In this document: positions 1 to 7,528 of the stretch, in pieces
Layout of the letters: every line of letters begins with the position of its first letter
Position numbering within the stretch: position 1 is the stretch's first letter
Source: an uncultured Sphaerobacteraceae bacterium
Lineage (GTDB): Bacteria > Chloroflexota > Chloroflexia > Thermomicrobiales > UBA6265
Reading direction: 5' to 3'
Length of the DNA: 64,000 nt
Assembly (NCBI GenBank): GCA_964371945.1
Contig: CAYJPA010000003.1
Location: forward strand, 29,179-93,178
Made by a program: the position numbers and the translations under genes
The notes under the pieces: model-generated
What the model was told of the DNA's origin: nothing
What the model saw: only the letters and a program-made list of their open reading frames with translations
Database searches by the model: none

Positions 1-45
1 CTGGAGCGCCGCCAAATCCTGGAAGCCGCGAGAGGCCCGGGAGCA

Positions 46-387
46 TTAGCCAGCGGTGCGGGTGAAACGTTCGATCGCCTGCGTCAACTCGGTCAGCATC
101 GCTTCCTGATCGTCGTGACCATGTGAGCAGGTTCCCAGCACGCAGCCCCGGATGTGATCCTCCAGCACAAGCAACCCGACCTGCCTCGCCGCCGACATCA
201 CGGCCGAGAGCTGGGTCAAGACGTCGATGCAATACTGGTCGCCTTCGACCATCTTGTGCACGCCGCGAACCTGTCCTTCCATCCGCCGCAACCGGTTCAG
301 GATTCGCTCCTTGTCGGCCGCATACGATGTGGAACGCCTTGGCCCGTCATTACTGTCTGTCAACAGGTCTGTTGCCGTTGCTGTCAT
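46..387 (-). CDS. csoR: CsoR-family copper-sensing transcriptional repressor (DUF156)
   Basis: ORF 46..579 contains RILNRLRRMEGQVRGV, YCIDVLTQ and EDHIRGC, the Cys ... His-x3-Cys Cu(I) ligand pattern of CsoR. The start is ambiguous. ATG 387 has an AAGGTGG SD about 5 nt upstream. ATG 417 and GTG 579 are alternatives, and the longer forms would overlap the predicted promoter/operator. Confidence 0.85.
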   Translation of the reverse strand: MTATATDLLTDSNDGPRRSTSYAADKERILNRLRRMEGQVRGVHKMVEGDQYCIDVLTQLSAVMSAARQVGLLVLEDHIRGCVLGTCSHGHDDQEAMLTELTQAIERFTRTAG

Positions 388-423
388 CTCATCCACCTTG
401 ATCGCTTCGCTTTTCATTCCTGA

Positions 424-452
424 ATCATACCCCCAATGGGTATATTCGTCAA
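424..452 (-). promoter_or_regulatory. Sigma70-like promoter for csoR (TTGACG-17-TATGAT on minus strand)
   Basis: The minus strand reads TTGACG (452..447), a 17-nt spacer, then TATGAT (429..424). Box 1 (427..443) overlaps the spacer and the -10. Confidence 0.45.
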
Positions 453-510
453 TGGAGGGGTTGACGGGAATACCTGCACTGGGTATCATCAAAATACCGG
501 TGGGGGGTAA
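427..510. promoter_or_regulatory. Three inverted-repeat boxes ATACC-N7-GGTAT (predicted CsoR operators)
   Basis: Read directly: 427..443 ATACCcccaatgGGTAT, 470..486 ATACCtgcactgGGTAT, 494..510 ATACCggtggggGGTAA (one mismatch). All lie in the csoR/copA divergent intergenic region. Confidence 0.6.
461..489 (+). promoter_or_regulatory. Sigma70-like promoter for copA (TTGACG-17-TATCAT)
   Basis: -35 TTGACG at 461..466, a 17-nt spacer, -10 TATCAT at 484..489. Box 2 overlaps the spacer and the -10. Confidence 0.5.
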
Positions 511-568
511 GCCCGTGACCGGGGACGAGATCGATCGGCTATGTTGATAAGAAGCGATAAGGGAGTAT

Positions 569-3500
569 ATGACGGCCACAATCGCGCCACCCGAGAATCA
601 AACGGAGATCACGCTACCAATCGATGGAATGACCTGCGCCTCTTGCGTTCGCAGGGTCGAAAAGGCATTGACGAAAGTCGACGGTGTCGCGGAAGCGAGC
701 GTCAATCTTGCGACCGAACGCGCCAAAGTCGCCTTTGATCCTGTTAAGGTTTCGGTCGACCTACTGACCGCCACAATTGAAAAAGCCGGGTATCACGTTC
801 CAGCAACGCCCACGGCAGTCGCTCCTCCTCCGGCGGCCGCGACTTCTGGAGAGACGACGCTTCCGATCGAAGGCATGACCTGCGCTTCATGCGTGCGTAG
901 CGTCGAGCGCGCGCTGACCCGTGTACCCGGCGTTTCGATGGCCAATGTCAATCTGGCGACCGAAAACGCGACGGTCGCGTTCGATCCGGCCGTCGTGACG
1001 ATCGACGATCTTCGCGACGCCGTCGGCAAAGCGGGGTACGGGGTCGGTCCGCTCCCGGCGGCCGCGACGAGCACCGCGACAGAGACTGCCGAACCGGTCG
1101 ACTCGCGCGAGCGAGAACGAGAGCGCGAGATCACCGACCTCAAGCGGAAGTCCATTGCCGGTCTGGCGGTCGGTCTCACGATGATGGGTCTGATGTACCT
1201 GCCGCTCGGCATCGCGATGGAAACACTCGCGCCATTCCTGTTGATCGCGGCGACCATCATTCAGTTTTGGGCCGGAAAGGTCTTCTACCAGGCAGCCTGG
1301 GCGGCCGGCAAGCACGGCGGCACCAACATGAACACCCTCGTCGCCGTCGGCACGACTGCAGCCTACGGATACAGCGCGTTCGTCACTCTCTGGCCGGAGA
1401 CGGCCGCCGATTGGGGTTTCGACTACCACCTCTACTACGAATCGGCGGTGGTCATCATCGCCCTGATACTGATGGGACGATGGCTCGAGGCGCGGGCGAA
1501 GAAGCAAACCGGCGCCGCGATCAATGCACTTATGGGTCTCCAGGCAAAAACCGCGCGAGTGATCCGAAACGGCGTCGAACAGGACATCCCGGTCGAAGCG
1601 GTGATCGCCGGCGATCTGGTTCGAGTTCGCCCGGGCGAAAAAGTGCCGGTCGACGGCGTTGTCGTAGAAGGCCGCTCGACCCTCGACGAGAGCATGCTGA
1701 CCGGCGAGAGCCTGCCGGTCGAAAAGGGCCCGGACGACACCGTCATCGGCGCGACCCTGAACAAGACCGGGAGCTTCATCTTCCGGGCAACCAAGGTCGG
1801 CAAGGACACGACACTTGCTCAAATCGTAAAGCTCGTCGAGGATGCGCAGGGCTCGAAAGCGCCGATTCAGCGGCTCGCCGATTCGATCTCCGGCGTATTC
1901 GTGCCGGCAGTACTCGTGCTTGCCGCCGCCACCTTCGTTGGCTGGCTGGCGTTCGGGCCCGATCCAGCGATCACGAACGCGCTGCAGGCGATGATCGCGG
2001 TGCTCGTGATCGCTTGCCCGTGCGCCCTGGGTTTGGCGGCACCAACCGCGATCATGGTCGGCACCGGCAAAGCCGCCGAAAACGGCATCTTGATCCGTGG
2101 CGGTGAGGCCCTCGAAGCCGCGCGGGCGATCGACGCGGTCGTGCTCGACAAAACCGGCACGCTCACCCGCGGCAAGCCCGTCGTCGTTGGTCTCGTCGCG
2201 GTCGGCGACACGACCGAATCGGAGCTGCTCAGGTTCGCGGCCGCGGTCGAGATCGGATCCGAGCACCCGTTGGCGGAATCGATCGTTGCGTTCGCCCGGG
2301 AGCGAGAGATTGCGATTCCAAGTTCCGAGGGTTTCACATCGGTTACCGGCAGGGGAGTGCAGGGTGTCGTTGAGGGCCACGCCGTCGTGCTTGGCAATCG
2401 GGCGATGATGGCCGGCTGGTCGATTGCGCTCGATGGGCTCGCCGATTCCGCCGACGGTTTTGCCAAAGACGGCGCCACCCCGATGTACGTCGCGGTCGAC
2501 GGCGCAGCGGCCGGAATTATCGCCGTGGCGGATACGCTCAAGCCCGAGTCGGCCGAAGCGGTCGTCCAGCTCAAAGCGCTCGGACTCGAGGTCTGGATGC
2601 TAACCGGCGACAACCGCATGACCGCGGAAGCGATCGCCCGCCACGTCGGTATCGACCATGTTTTGGCCGACGTGCTCCCCGAGCAGAAATCGGCCAAGGT
2701 CATAGAGCTTCAGGCTCAGGGCCGCAGGGTCGCGATGGTCGGCGACGGCATCAACGACGCCCCGGCGCTCGCGCAGGCGGATCTTGGGATCGCGATCGGC
2801 ACCGGCACAGATGTCGCGATCGCGGCGTCGGATGTGACACTGATCGGCGGCGATCTGCGTACGATCGTAACCGCGATCTCGCTCTCCCGCCGCACCGTGA
2901 ACACCATCAAGCAGGGACTCTTCTGGGCATTTGCCTACAATGTCGCGCTGATTCCGGTCGCGATGGGCGCGCTCTATCCAACCTTCGATGTTTTACTCAA
3001 TCCGGTGATCGCGGCCGCCGCGATGGCGATGAGCAGCGTCAGTGTCGTGACCAACGCGCTGCGATTGCGCCGCTTCAAGCGGCCCACGAATACCGCCGAG
3101 ATTCTCCATCCGCCGGTTCGACAACGCGTCGGTGAATGGGCGTACCTGGTGGGAGTCGGCGCGCTCGGCATCGCGATCGGCGTGCTGGCGATTGTCTACG
3201 TACCGGAAGAGAGCTCCGCCGAAATGGGGATGAATGAGGTTGACCAGACAGTTGTTTCCGAGCTTGCCCTGCCCGATCGAACGATTGACATAACGACCGC
3301 CAACCTACAGTTTTCACCAAACCTGATCGAAGTGCACGAGGACGAGACGATCGCGTTCGTCATTCGAAACGATTCTGCCCTACCGCACGAATTCGTGATT
3401 GGAACGGAGGAGGTTCAAGCAGAGCACGAACAAGAAATGGCCGAAGGCGAAGAGGAAGCCATGTCCGAGATGGACGAGCGGCCCTACGCGGTCAAAGTGC

Positions 3501-3625
3501 CCGCCGGCGAAACGCGAACGCTCGTCTACACCTTCGAGGAAACCGGCGACCTGATCTTCGGATGTCACGTTCCCGGGCACTATGCCGCCGGCATGAAAGG
3601 CACGATTACCGTCGTTCAATCCTGA
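569..3625 (+). CDS. copA: Copper-translocating P1B-type ATPase with two N-terminal HMA domains and a C-terminal extra TM helix + cupredoxin domain
   Basis: Two [11 protein letters not shown] motifs, CPC (ACPCALGLA), [24 protein letters not shown] lies before ATG 569. The C-terminal tail carries LPHEF ... [14 protein letters not shown] (cupredoxin ligand pattern). Confidence 0.95.
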   Translation: MTATIAPPENQTEITLPIDGMTCASCVRRVEKALTKVDGVAEASVNLATERAKVAFDPVKVSVDLLTATIEKAGYHVPATPTAVAPPPAAATSGETTLPIEGMTCASCVRSVERALTRVPGVSMANVNLATENATVAFDPAVVTIDDLRDAVGKAGYGVGPLPAAATSTATETAEPVDSREREREREITDLKRKSIAGLAVGLTMMGLMYLPLGIAMETLAPFLLIAATIIQFWAGKVFYQAAWAAGKHGGTNMNTLVAVGTTAAYGYSAFVTLWPETAADWGFDYHLYYESAVVIIALILMGRWLEARAKKQTGAAINALMGLQAKTARVIRNGVEQDIPVEAVIAGDLVRVRPGEKVPVDGVVVEGRSTLDESMLTGESLPVEKGPDDTVIGATLNKTGSFIFRATKVGKDTTLAQIVKLVEDAQGSKAPIQRLADSISGVFVPAVLVLAAATFVGWLAFGPDPAITNALQAMIAVLVIACPCALGLAAPTAIMVGTGKAAENGILIRGGEALEAARAIDAVVLDKTGTLTRGKPVVVGLVAVGDTTESELLRFAAAVEIGSEHPLAESIVAFAREREIAIPSSEGFTSVTGRGVQGVVEGHAVVLGNRAMMAGWSIALDGLADSADGFAKDGATPMYVAVDGAAAGIIAVADTLKPESAEAVVQLKALGLEVWMLTGDNRMTAEAIARHVGIDHVLADVLPEQKSAKVIELQAQGRRVAMVGDGINDAPALAQADLGIAIGTGTDVAIAASDVTLIGGDLRTIVTAISLSRRTVNTIKQGLFWAFAYNVALIPVAMGALYPTFDVLLNPVIAAAAMAMSSVSVVTNALRLRRFKRPTNTAEILHPPVRQRVGEWAYLVGVGALGIAIGVLAIVYVPEESSAEMGMNEVDQTVVSELALPDRTIDITTANLQFSPNLIEVHEDETIAFVIRNDSALPHEFVIGTEEVQAEHEQEMAEGEEEAMSEMDERPYAVKVPAGETRTLVYTFEETGDLIFGCHVPGHYAAGMKGTITVVQS

Positions 3626-3666
3626 GTTCAAACGTGAACCTGGGAAGTCACCGCAAGGAGTTTTAC

Positions 3667-3888
3667 ATGAGCAGCCACGTTGGCCAAATCGTCGTCATTA
3701 CACCGGACATGTCTTGCGGCCATTGCGTCGTTTCGATCGAGCAGGAAGTCGGCGCGCTGAAGGGCGTCCAGTCGGTCAAAGCCGATCTTCCAACCAAGAA
3801 AGTCTCGATCTCGTTTGATCCCGGCGTGGTTACGGTGCCGGCTATCGAAGCCACGCTGGAAGAAGCTGGCTACCCGGTTTCAAAGTAA
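3667..3888 (+). CDS. copZ: CopZ-like HMA copper chaperone
   Basis: MSSHVGQIVVITPDMSCGHCV (MxCxxC-type metal site), 73 aa. AAGGAG SD at 3655..3660. The longer ORF 3562..3888 overlaps the copA end. Confidence 0.9.
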   Translation: MSSHVGQIVVITPDMSCGHCVVSIEQEVGALKGVQSVKADLPTKKVSISFDPGVVTVPAIEATLEEAGYPVSK

Positions 3889-3958
3889 CGACCGCGCGTC
3901 AAACCACTCACGTTCGGCCCGACGTAGACCAGGTTAACACCGTCGATCGAGTGGGGTA

Positions 3959-4714
3959 ATGACCATGACAAACGCACAGCCCGGTCGGATGACGATGGTT
4001 CTTCGTGTCGCGATATTGGCAGCGCTCGGGACCATCACATCCGCGGCCGCCGCATTTCAGGAGGCGGCGACGCCCTCCGCATTCTCACTTTGCGCGGTTG
4101 TACCGCCCGGTGCATCTCCCGCCGCGGAGGTCATTGGTATGTCGATGGGCACACCGGAGAGCATCTTGCCGATGGACGAGATCGAATTTGATCTCGTCTT
4201 CATCGACATGATGATCGCCCACCACGAATCCGCGGTCGTGATGGCACAGGTCGCGCTCGAACGGGCCGAGCACGACGAGATCCGCCGGCTGGCCGGGGAG
4301 ATCATCGCCGCGCAGACGGACGAGATCGCGCAACTCCGTGCGTGGCGACTTGCCTGGTATCCCAGCACGCAAGTCGTGCCGCCGGATCAGGCCGAAATGA
4401 TCGTGACTAGACTGATGGGCGACATGCTGGACATGAGCGATTTTGGGAGCTCCAATCTTATGTCTGGGATGGACACCTCCTCAGCGCTGATCTCAATGTG
4501 TCAGGCCGCTGAACCTTTCGACCTCGCCTTCCTGAACGCGATGATTGCTCATCACCAGTCGGCGATCACGATGGCCAACATCGGACTCGAAAACTCGACT
4601 CACCCGGATTTGCAGACACTCGAGCTGGACATCATCGACGCCCAACAAGCCGAGATCGACGAGATGACCGGATGGCGTGCCCTGTGGTACGGAGTTGCGA
4701 CTCCCATGTCATAG
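3959..4714 (+). CDS. DUF305 family protein (secreted, two internal repeats)
   Basis: N-terminal signal-like segment. Two repeats carry MIAHHESAVVMAQ and MIAHHQSAITMAN, characteristic of DUF305 ferritin-like proteins often linked to copper resistance loci. Confidence 0.85.
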   Translation: MTMTNAQPGRMTMVLRVAILAALGTITSAAAAFQEAATPSAFSLCAVVPPGASPAAEVIGMSMGTPESILPMDEIEFDLVFIDMMIAHHESAVVMAQVALERAEHDEIRRLAGEIIAAQTDEIAQLRAWRLAWYPSTQVVPPDQAEMIVTRLMGDMLDMSDFGSSNLMSGMDTSSALISMCQAAEPFDLAFLNAMIAHHQSAITMANIGLENSTHPDLQTLELDIIDAQQAEIDEMTGWRALWYGVATPMS

Positions 4715-5801
4715 GGCTTGCGGCCCCGGTGCACCGGAGCCCGCAAATGCTCTCCGGAAAGACCGGAACAAGCACCGGAGGAATCGGAGCGACAACCGGT
4801 TCGATGACCTCGATCGCAGGCGTCGCGGTCGGCGTCAAAACCGGTGGCCGTGGCGCTCCCGCGACGGGATCCGTGGCGTCGGCAACCGGTGAGAGTACCG
4901 GAGGCAGGGGCTCAACCACGGGCTCGACGACCTCGGGGATTGGCTCAAGTATCGGAGCCAGAACGGGCGGCAGTTGCTCCAATGTTGGCTCTACTGTCTC
5001 GAGCGCGGGTTCGAGGATCGGACTCAGAATTGGCAGAACCGGTTCCGTTATCTGGCCCACGATGTCGAGCACCGCCGGCAAGGTCGACTCAGTCACCGGT
5101 GCCGTGGCATCTGCAACTGGGATCACAAGCTTGTCGACCGTCGTCGCAATCGGCACCGTGGTCTCAGTAACGGTTCCGAGGAGATCTTCGACGAGTCCGC
5201 CAGTAGTCTCCGCGATGACCGGTTCCAGCGTCGTCGCGGTTTGATCTAACAACGGCGCGGTGATTTCCAGAACGGGTGCGACTGCATCGATAATCGAACC
5301 CAAAACCTCTCCGGTCGTTGTTCCGACCTCCGCCAACGCCGGTTCCAACGTCTCCGCGGATTCGTTCAGCAGCGGCGGCGTGATCTCAGCCACGGGCGCG
5401 ATGACTTCGCTCGTCGAACCCACAACCTCTCCGGTCGTCGTCCCGATCTCAACCAACGCCGGTTTCAACATCTCCGCGGTCTCGTCGACGCTAGGATCAA
5501 TCACGACGGCAACGGTATCCAGACCTTTCGTGATGACCGAGGCTTGCCCAGTCACAACGTCAATTGCAACCGCGCCGTCGGTCGCCTCGAGATTGTTGGT
5601 GACCATTGAGGTTCCGGATGATACGGTCTCGTTCACCGCGGCGAGGACTTCTTCAGTCTCTGTCTCGAGAGGCTCTGCTAGGACGCCAGATTCATCAATC
5701 ACGGCCTCAGTGGCCGAATCAAGGTCCACTTCGCTGCTCTCAAGAACTGGCTCGATGATCTGCTCCTCTACAACCTGGACCGTCTCAACGGGTACATCCA
5801 C
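4632..5801 (-). CDS. Acidic Pro/Glu/Val/Thr-rich repeat protein, C-terminal part of a probably frameshifted lipoprotein gene
   Basis: Low-complexity, roughly 40-aa repeats (TTGEVVGSTSEVIAPVAEITPPLL...). The same composition continues upstream of GVTG 5801 in-frame to about 5849, where it meets the 5768..6187 ORF in another frame. The 3' tail overlaps the DUF305 gene end. Confidence 0.55.
   Translation of the reverse strand: MDVPVETVQVVEEQIIEPVLESSEVDLDSATEAVIDESGVLAEPLETETEEVLAAVNETVSSGTSMVTNNLEATDGAVAIDVVTGQASVITKGLDTVAVVIDPSVDETAEMLKPALVEIGTTTGEVVGSTSEVIAPVAEITPPLLNESAETLEPALAEVGTTTGEVLGSIIDAVAPVLEITAPLLDQTATTLEPVIAETTGGLVEDLLGTVTETTVPIATTVDKLVIPVADATAPVTESTLPAVLDIVGQITEPVLPILSPILEPALETVEPTLEQLPPVLAPILEPIPEVVEPVVEPLPPVLSPVADATDPVAGAPRPPVLTPTATPAIEVIEPVVAPIPPVLVPVFPESICGLRCTGAASPMTWESQLRTTGHAIRSSRRSRLVGRR
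5176..5535. repeat. Tandem 120-nt (40-codon) coding repeat, at least 3 units
   Basis: Units such as 5296..5360 and 5416..5480 (gaacccaMaacctctccggtcgtYgtYccgaYctc...cgccggttYcaacRtctccgcgg) recur with a 120-nt period. A weaker unit lies near 5176..5240. Confidence 0.7.
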
Positions 5802-6187
5802 GACGGTTTCGATCGTCTCGACGACCTCTGGAAGAAGCTCGCCTGTGGCCGGGCGGAGCTCGAAAGCACGTCTTCGACTGCCGTAGCCACCCCTTCTACA
5901 AGTTGCTGAGGTTCCTCTACAACGAACTCGACCGGCGCTTCTATCAGAGCAACGGTCTCACCGGCTCCGTCGCTAGTCGTTGCATCGACAACCGGAATCT
6001 CGTCTGTTTCGAGAGCTGGGACGGTTTCGACAACGATGTCAACCGTCTCCTCGATGAGGGGATCGACTTGTTCAACGGTTTCGGTCAGACCGACAAGCAG
6101 TGAATCCTGGCTCGCGACGGTCTGGCCCGCGCATCCAAGCGCGAGCACAAGGGCTATGCGAATGGCGATTGCATATCGAATGCCCAT
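5768..6187 (-). CDS. Lipoprotein signal peptide + acidic region, N-terminal part of the frameshifted repeat protein
   Basis: MGIRYAIAIRIALVLALGCAGQ has a lipobox-like LALGC. The acidic E/V/T-rich sequence continues until about aa 111, after which the frame turns into Arg/Ser-rich nonsense. Confidence 0.55.
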   Translation of the reverse strand: MGIRYAIAIRIALVLALGCAGQTVASQDSLLVGLTETVEQVDPLIEETVDIVVETVPALETDEIPVVDATTSDGAGETVALIEAPVEFVVEEPQQLVEGVATAVEDVLSSSARPQASFFQRSSRRSKPSWMYPLRRSRL

Positions 6188-6406
6188 CGTTCTCCATCAA
6201 CTGTCGCAGACGCCAATGGAAGCCGCCGGGAACCGATCGGGTCCTCGACGTTGGAACGATGCTAGTGTTGTCTATGTTTTTCGTAAATAGTCCTGATGGA
6301 ATGGCCCAAATACCGGAACCGCACACTTTAAGGTTCCAGAGGTGTACGCACAACTTACGTACCGACATTAAACTTTCCAGCATCACCGCTTCACCCTTAC
6401 ACAAGC

Positions 6407-6769
6407 TTAGTTGGTTGCATTTGAAGTAATCAGAGGAGTCATAAACGTAGGAGTAAGTCGGTCAGCGTACAAAAGCTGCCGAGTTTCATCGACAGATCGG
6501 GCGAAGTACGGGTTTCGAAATTCCTTAGCGATGACCAGATCGACCGGTCGCTGGAACAAAATTGAAAGTCGCTCCTCGAGATCCTGCAACCTTCCGGCCC
6601 ACGGTCCGAAATCGTAATCCGGCGGGTAGGTGACCAGGAAATCGAGATCGCTTCGTTCGGGATCGAACTCGTCGGTCATAATCGAGCCGAAGACCTCGAG
6701 CCGGGCGACACCGTACTCGCGACAAAGCGCGATCAACTCGTCACGATGCTTCCCAATTATCTCGTGCAT
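6407..6769 (-). CDS. mntA: MNT-type nucleotidyltransferase (MntA-like antitoxin), orphan second copy
   Basis: MHEIIGKHRDELIALCREYGVARLEVFGSIMTDEFDPERSDLDFLV (GS...D.D nucleotidyltransferase motif). Start taken at ATG 6769 by alignment with the paralog at 7163..7495. No HEPN gene follows. Confidence 0.8.
   Translation of the reverse strand: MHEIIGKHRDELIALCREYGVARLEVFGSIMTDEFDPERSDLDFLVTYPPDYDFGPWAGRLQDLEERLSILFQRPVDLVIAKEFRNPYFARSVDETRQLLYADRLTPTFMTPLITSNATN
6577..6769. repeat. 193-nt gap-free duplicate of 7303..7495 (5' part of mntA)
   Basis: Hand alignment gives roughly 23 mismatches in 193 nt with no indels. Confidence 0.8.
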
Positions 6770-6837
6770 GTCGAATCCTGAAGCAAGTTCATCAATTCCA
6801 GCCAGGCCGCAATCCCACAATTAACCAAAGGGTCGAT

Positions 6838-7191
6838 TCACTGCTGATCGGTGCCGGAAAGCAAACCAATTACCTCTCCTAGAAGGACCGGCAGCGATTC
6901 CTGCACGATTTCCCAAACTATTCGATGGTCAATTTCTGTGTCATACCCGTGTGCCAGACGATCACGAAGACCGATGATCTTGCGATAACCCGAGATCTGC
7001 CCGCATTGAAGTGGATCCGTGCGCTCCAGTCGCATGAGCGATTCCCCTATGATCTCGATATTGCGTTCGATTGCTGAACGAAGCAACAAATCACTTACAT
7101 AATCTGAGTAACCCTTCCCGTCGCTTACTCGAATGATGAATTGGGCAGCATTGCGAATTCCTTCAAGCGACTTCGGCGATTTGGGATGCAT
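6838..7191 (-). CDS. hepT: HEPN/DUF86 toxin (HepT-like RNase)
   Basis: Contains RDRLAHGY, the R-x4-H-x-Y HEPN motif. 117 aa. Overlaps the upstream mntA by 29 nt. Confidence 0.85.
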   Translation of the reverse strand: MHPKSPKSLEGIRNAAQFIIRVSDGKGYSDYVSDLLLRSAIERNIEIIGESLMRLERTDPLQCGQISGYRKIIGLRDRLAHGYDTEIDHRIVWEIVQESLPVLLGEVIGLLSGTDQQ

Positions 7192-7495
7192 CGTAGATCA
7201 CCTGCCGAGTCTTGGCCGATTCTCGAGCGAACCACTTGTTTTGCAGCGCCGACTCCATGATGAGATCCACCTTTCGGTCAAAGAGCGCAGCGATCGCCGC
7301 TTCGAGATCCTGCAACCTTCCCGCCCTCGGTCCGAAATCGTATTCCGGCGGGTAGGTGACGAGGAAATCGAGATCGCTTTGCTCGGAGTCGAACTCATCG
7401 GTCATGATTGAGCCAAAGACCTCGAGCCGGGCGACACCGTACTCGCGACACAACGCGACCAACTCGTCCCGGTGTTTTTCAATGATCTCGTGCAT
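7163..7495 (-). CDS. mntA: MNT-type nucleotidyltransferase antitoxin (MntA) of HEPN/MNT module
   Basis: MHEIIEKHRDELVALCREYGVARLEVFGSIMTDEFDSEQSDLDFLV. Lies directly upstream of, and overlaps, hepT. Confidence 0.85.
   Translation of the reverse strand: MHEIIEKHRDELVALCREYGVARLEVFGSIMTDEFDSEQSDLDFLVTYPPEYDFGPRAGRLQDLEAAIAALFDRKVDLIMESALQNKWFARESAKTRQVIYDASQIAEVA
7303..7495. repeat. 193-nt duplicate of 6577..6769
   Basis: See the paired repeat feature at 6577..6769. Confidence 0.8.
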
Positions 7496-7528
7496 CTTTA
7501 ACGCTCGTTGGCTCTTTAACGTACTCCG

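Noticed and set aside
887-2380. Long antisense or alternative-frame ORFs. Examples: 887..2380 (-), 1867..2703 (-), 7976..9025 (+), 22434..23936 (-), 27123..28784 (+), 46122..47489 (-), 59956..60789 (-), 60582..61400 (-).
   Set aside because: They overlap genes with strong domain evidence on the other strand or frame. Their translations are Arg/Pro/Gly/Ser-rich with no motifs, the usual stop-poor shadow ORFs of GC-rich DNA.
4632-4714. Several convergent gene pairs overlap at their 3' ends: 4632/4714, 14061/14083, 24280/24320, 39792/39828, 44307/44351.
   Set aside because: This is expected in stop-codon-poor GC-rich DNA. There is no evidence of functional antisense regulation from sequence alone.
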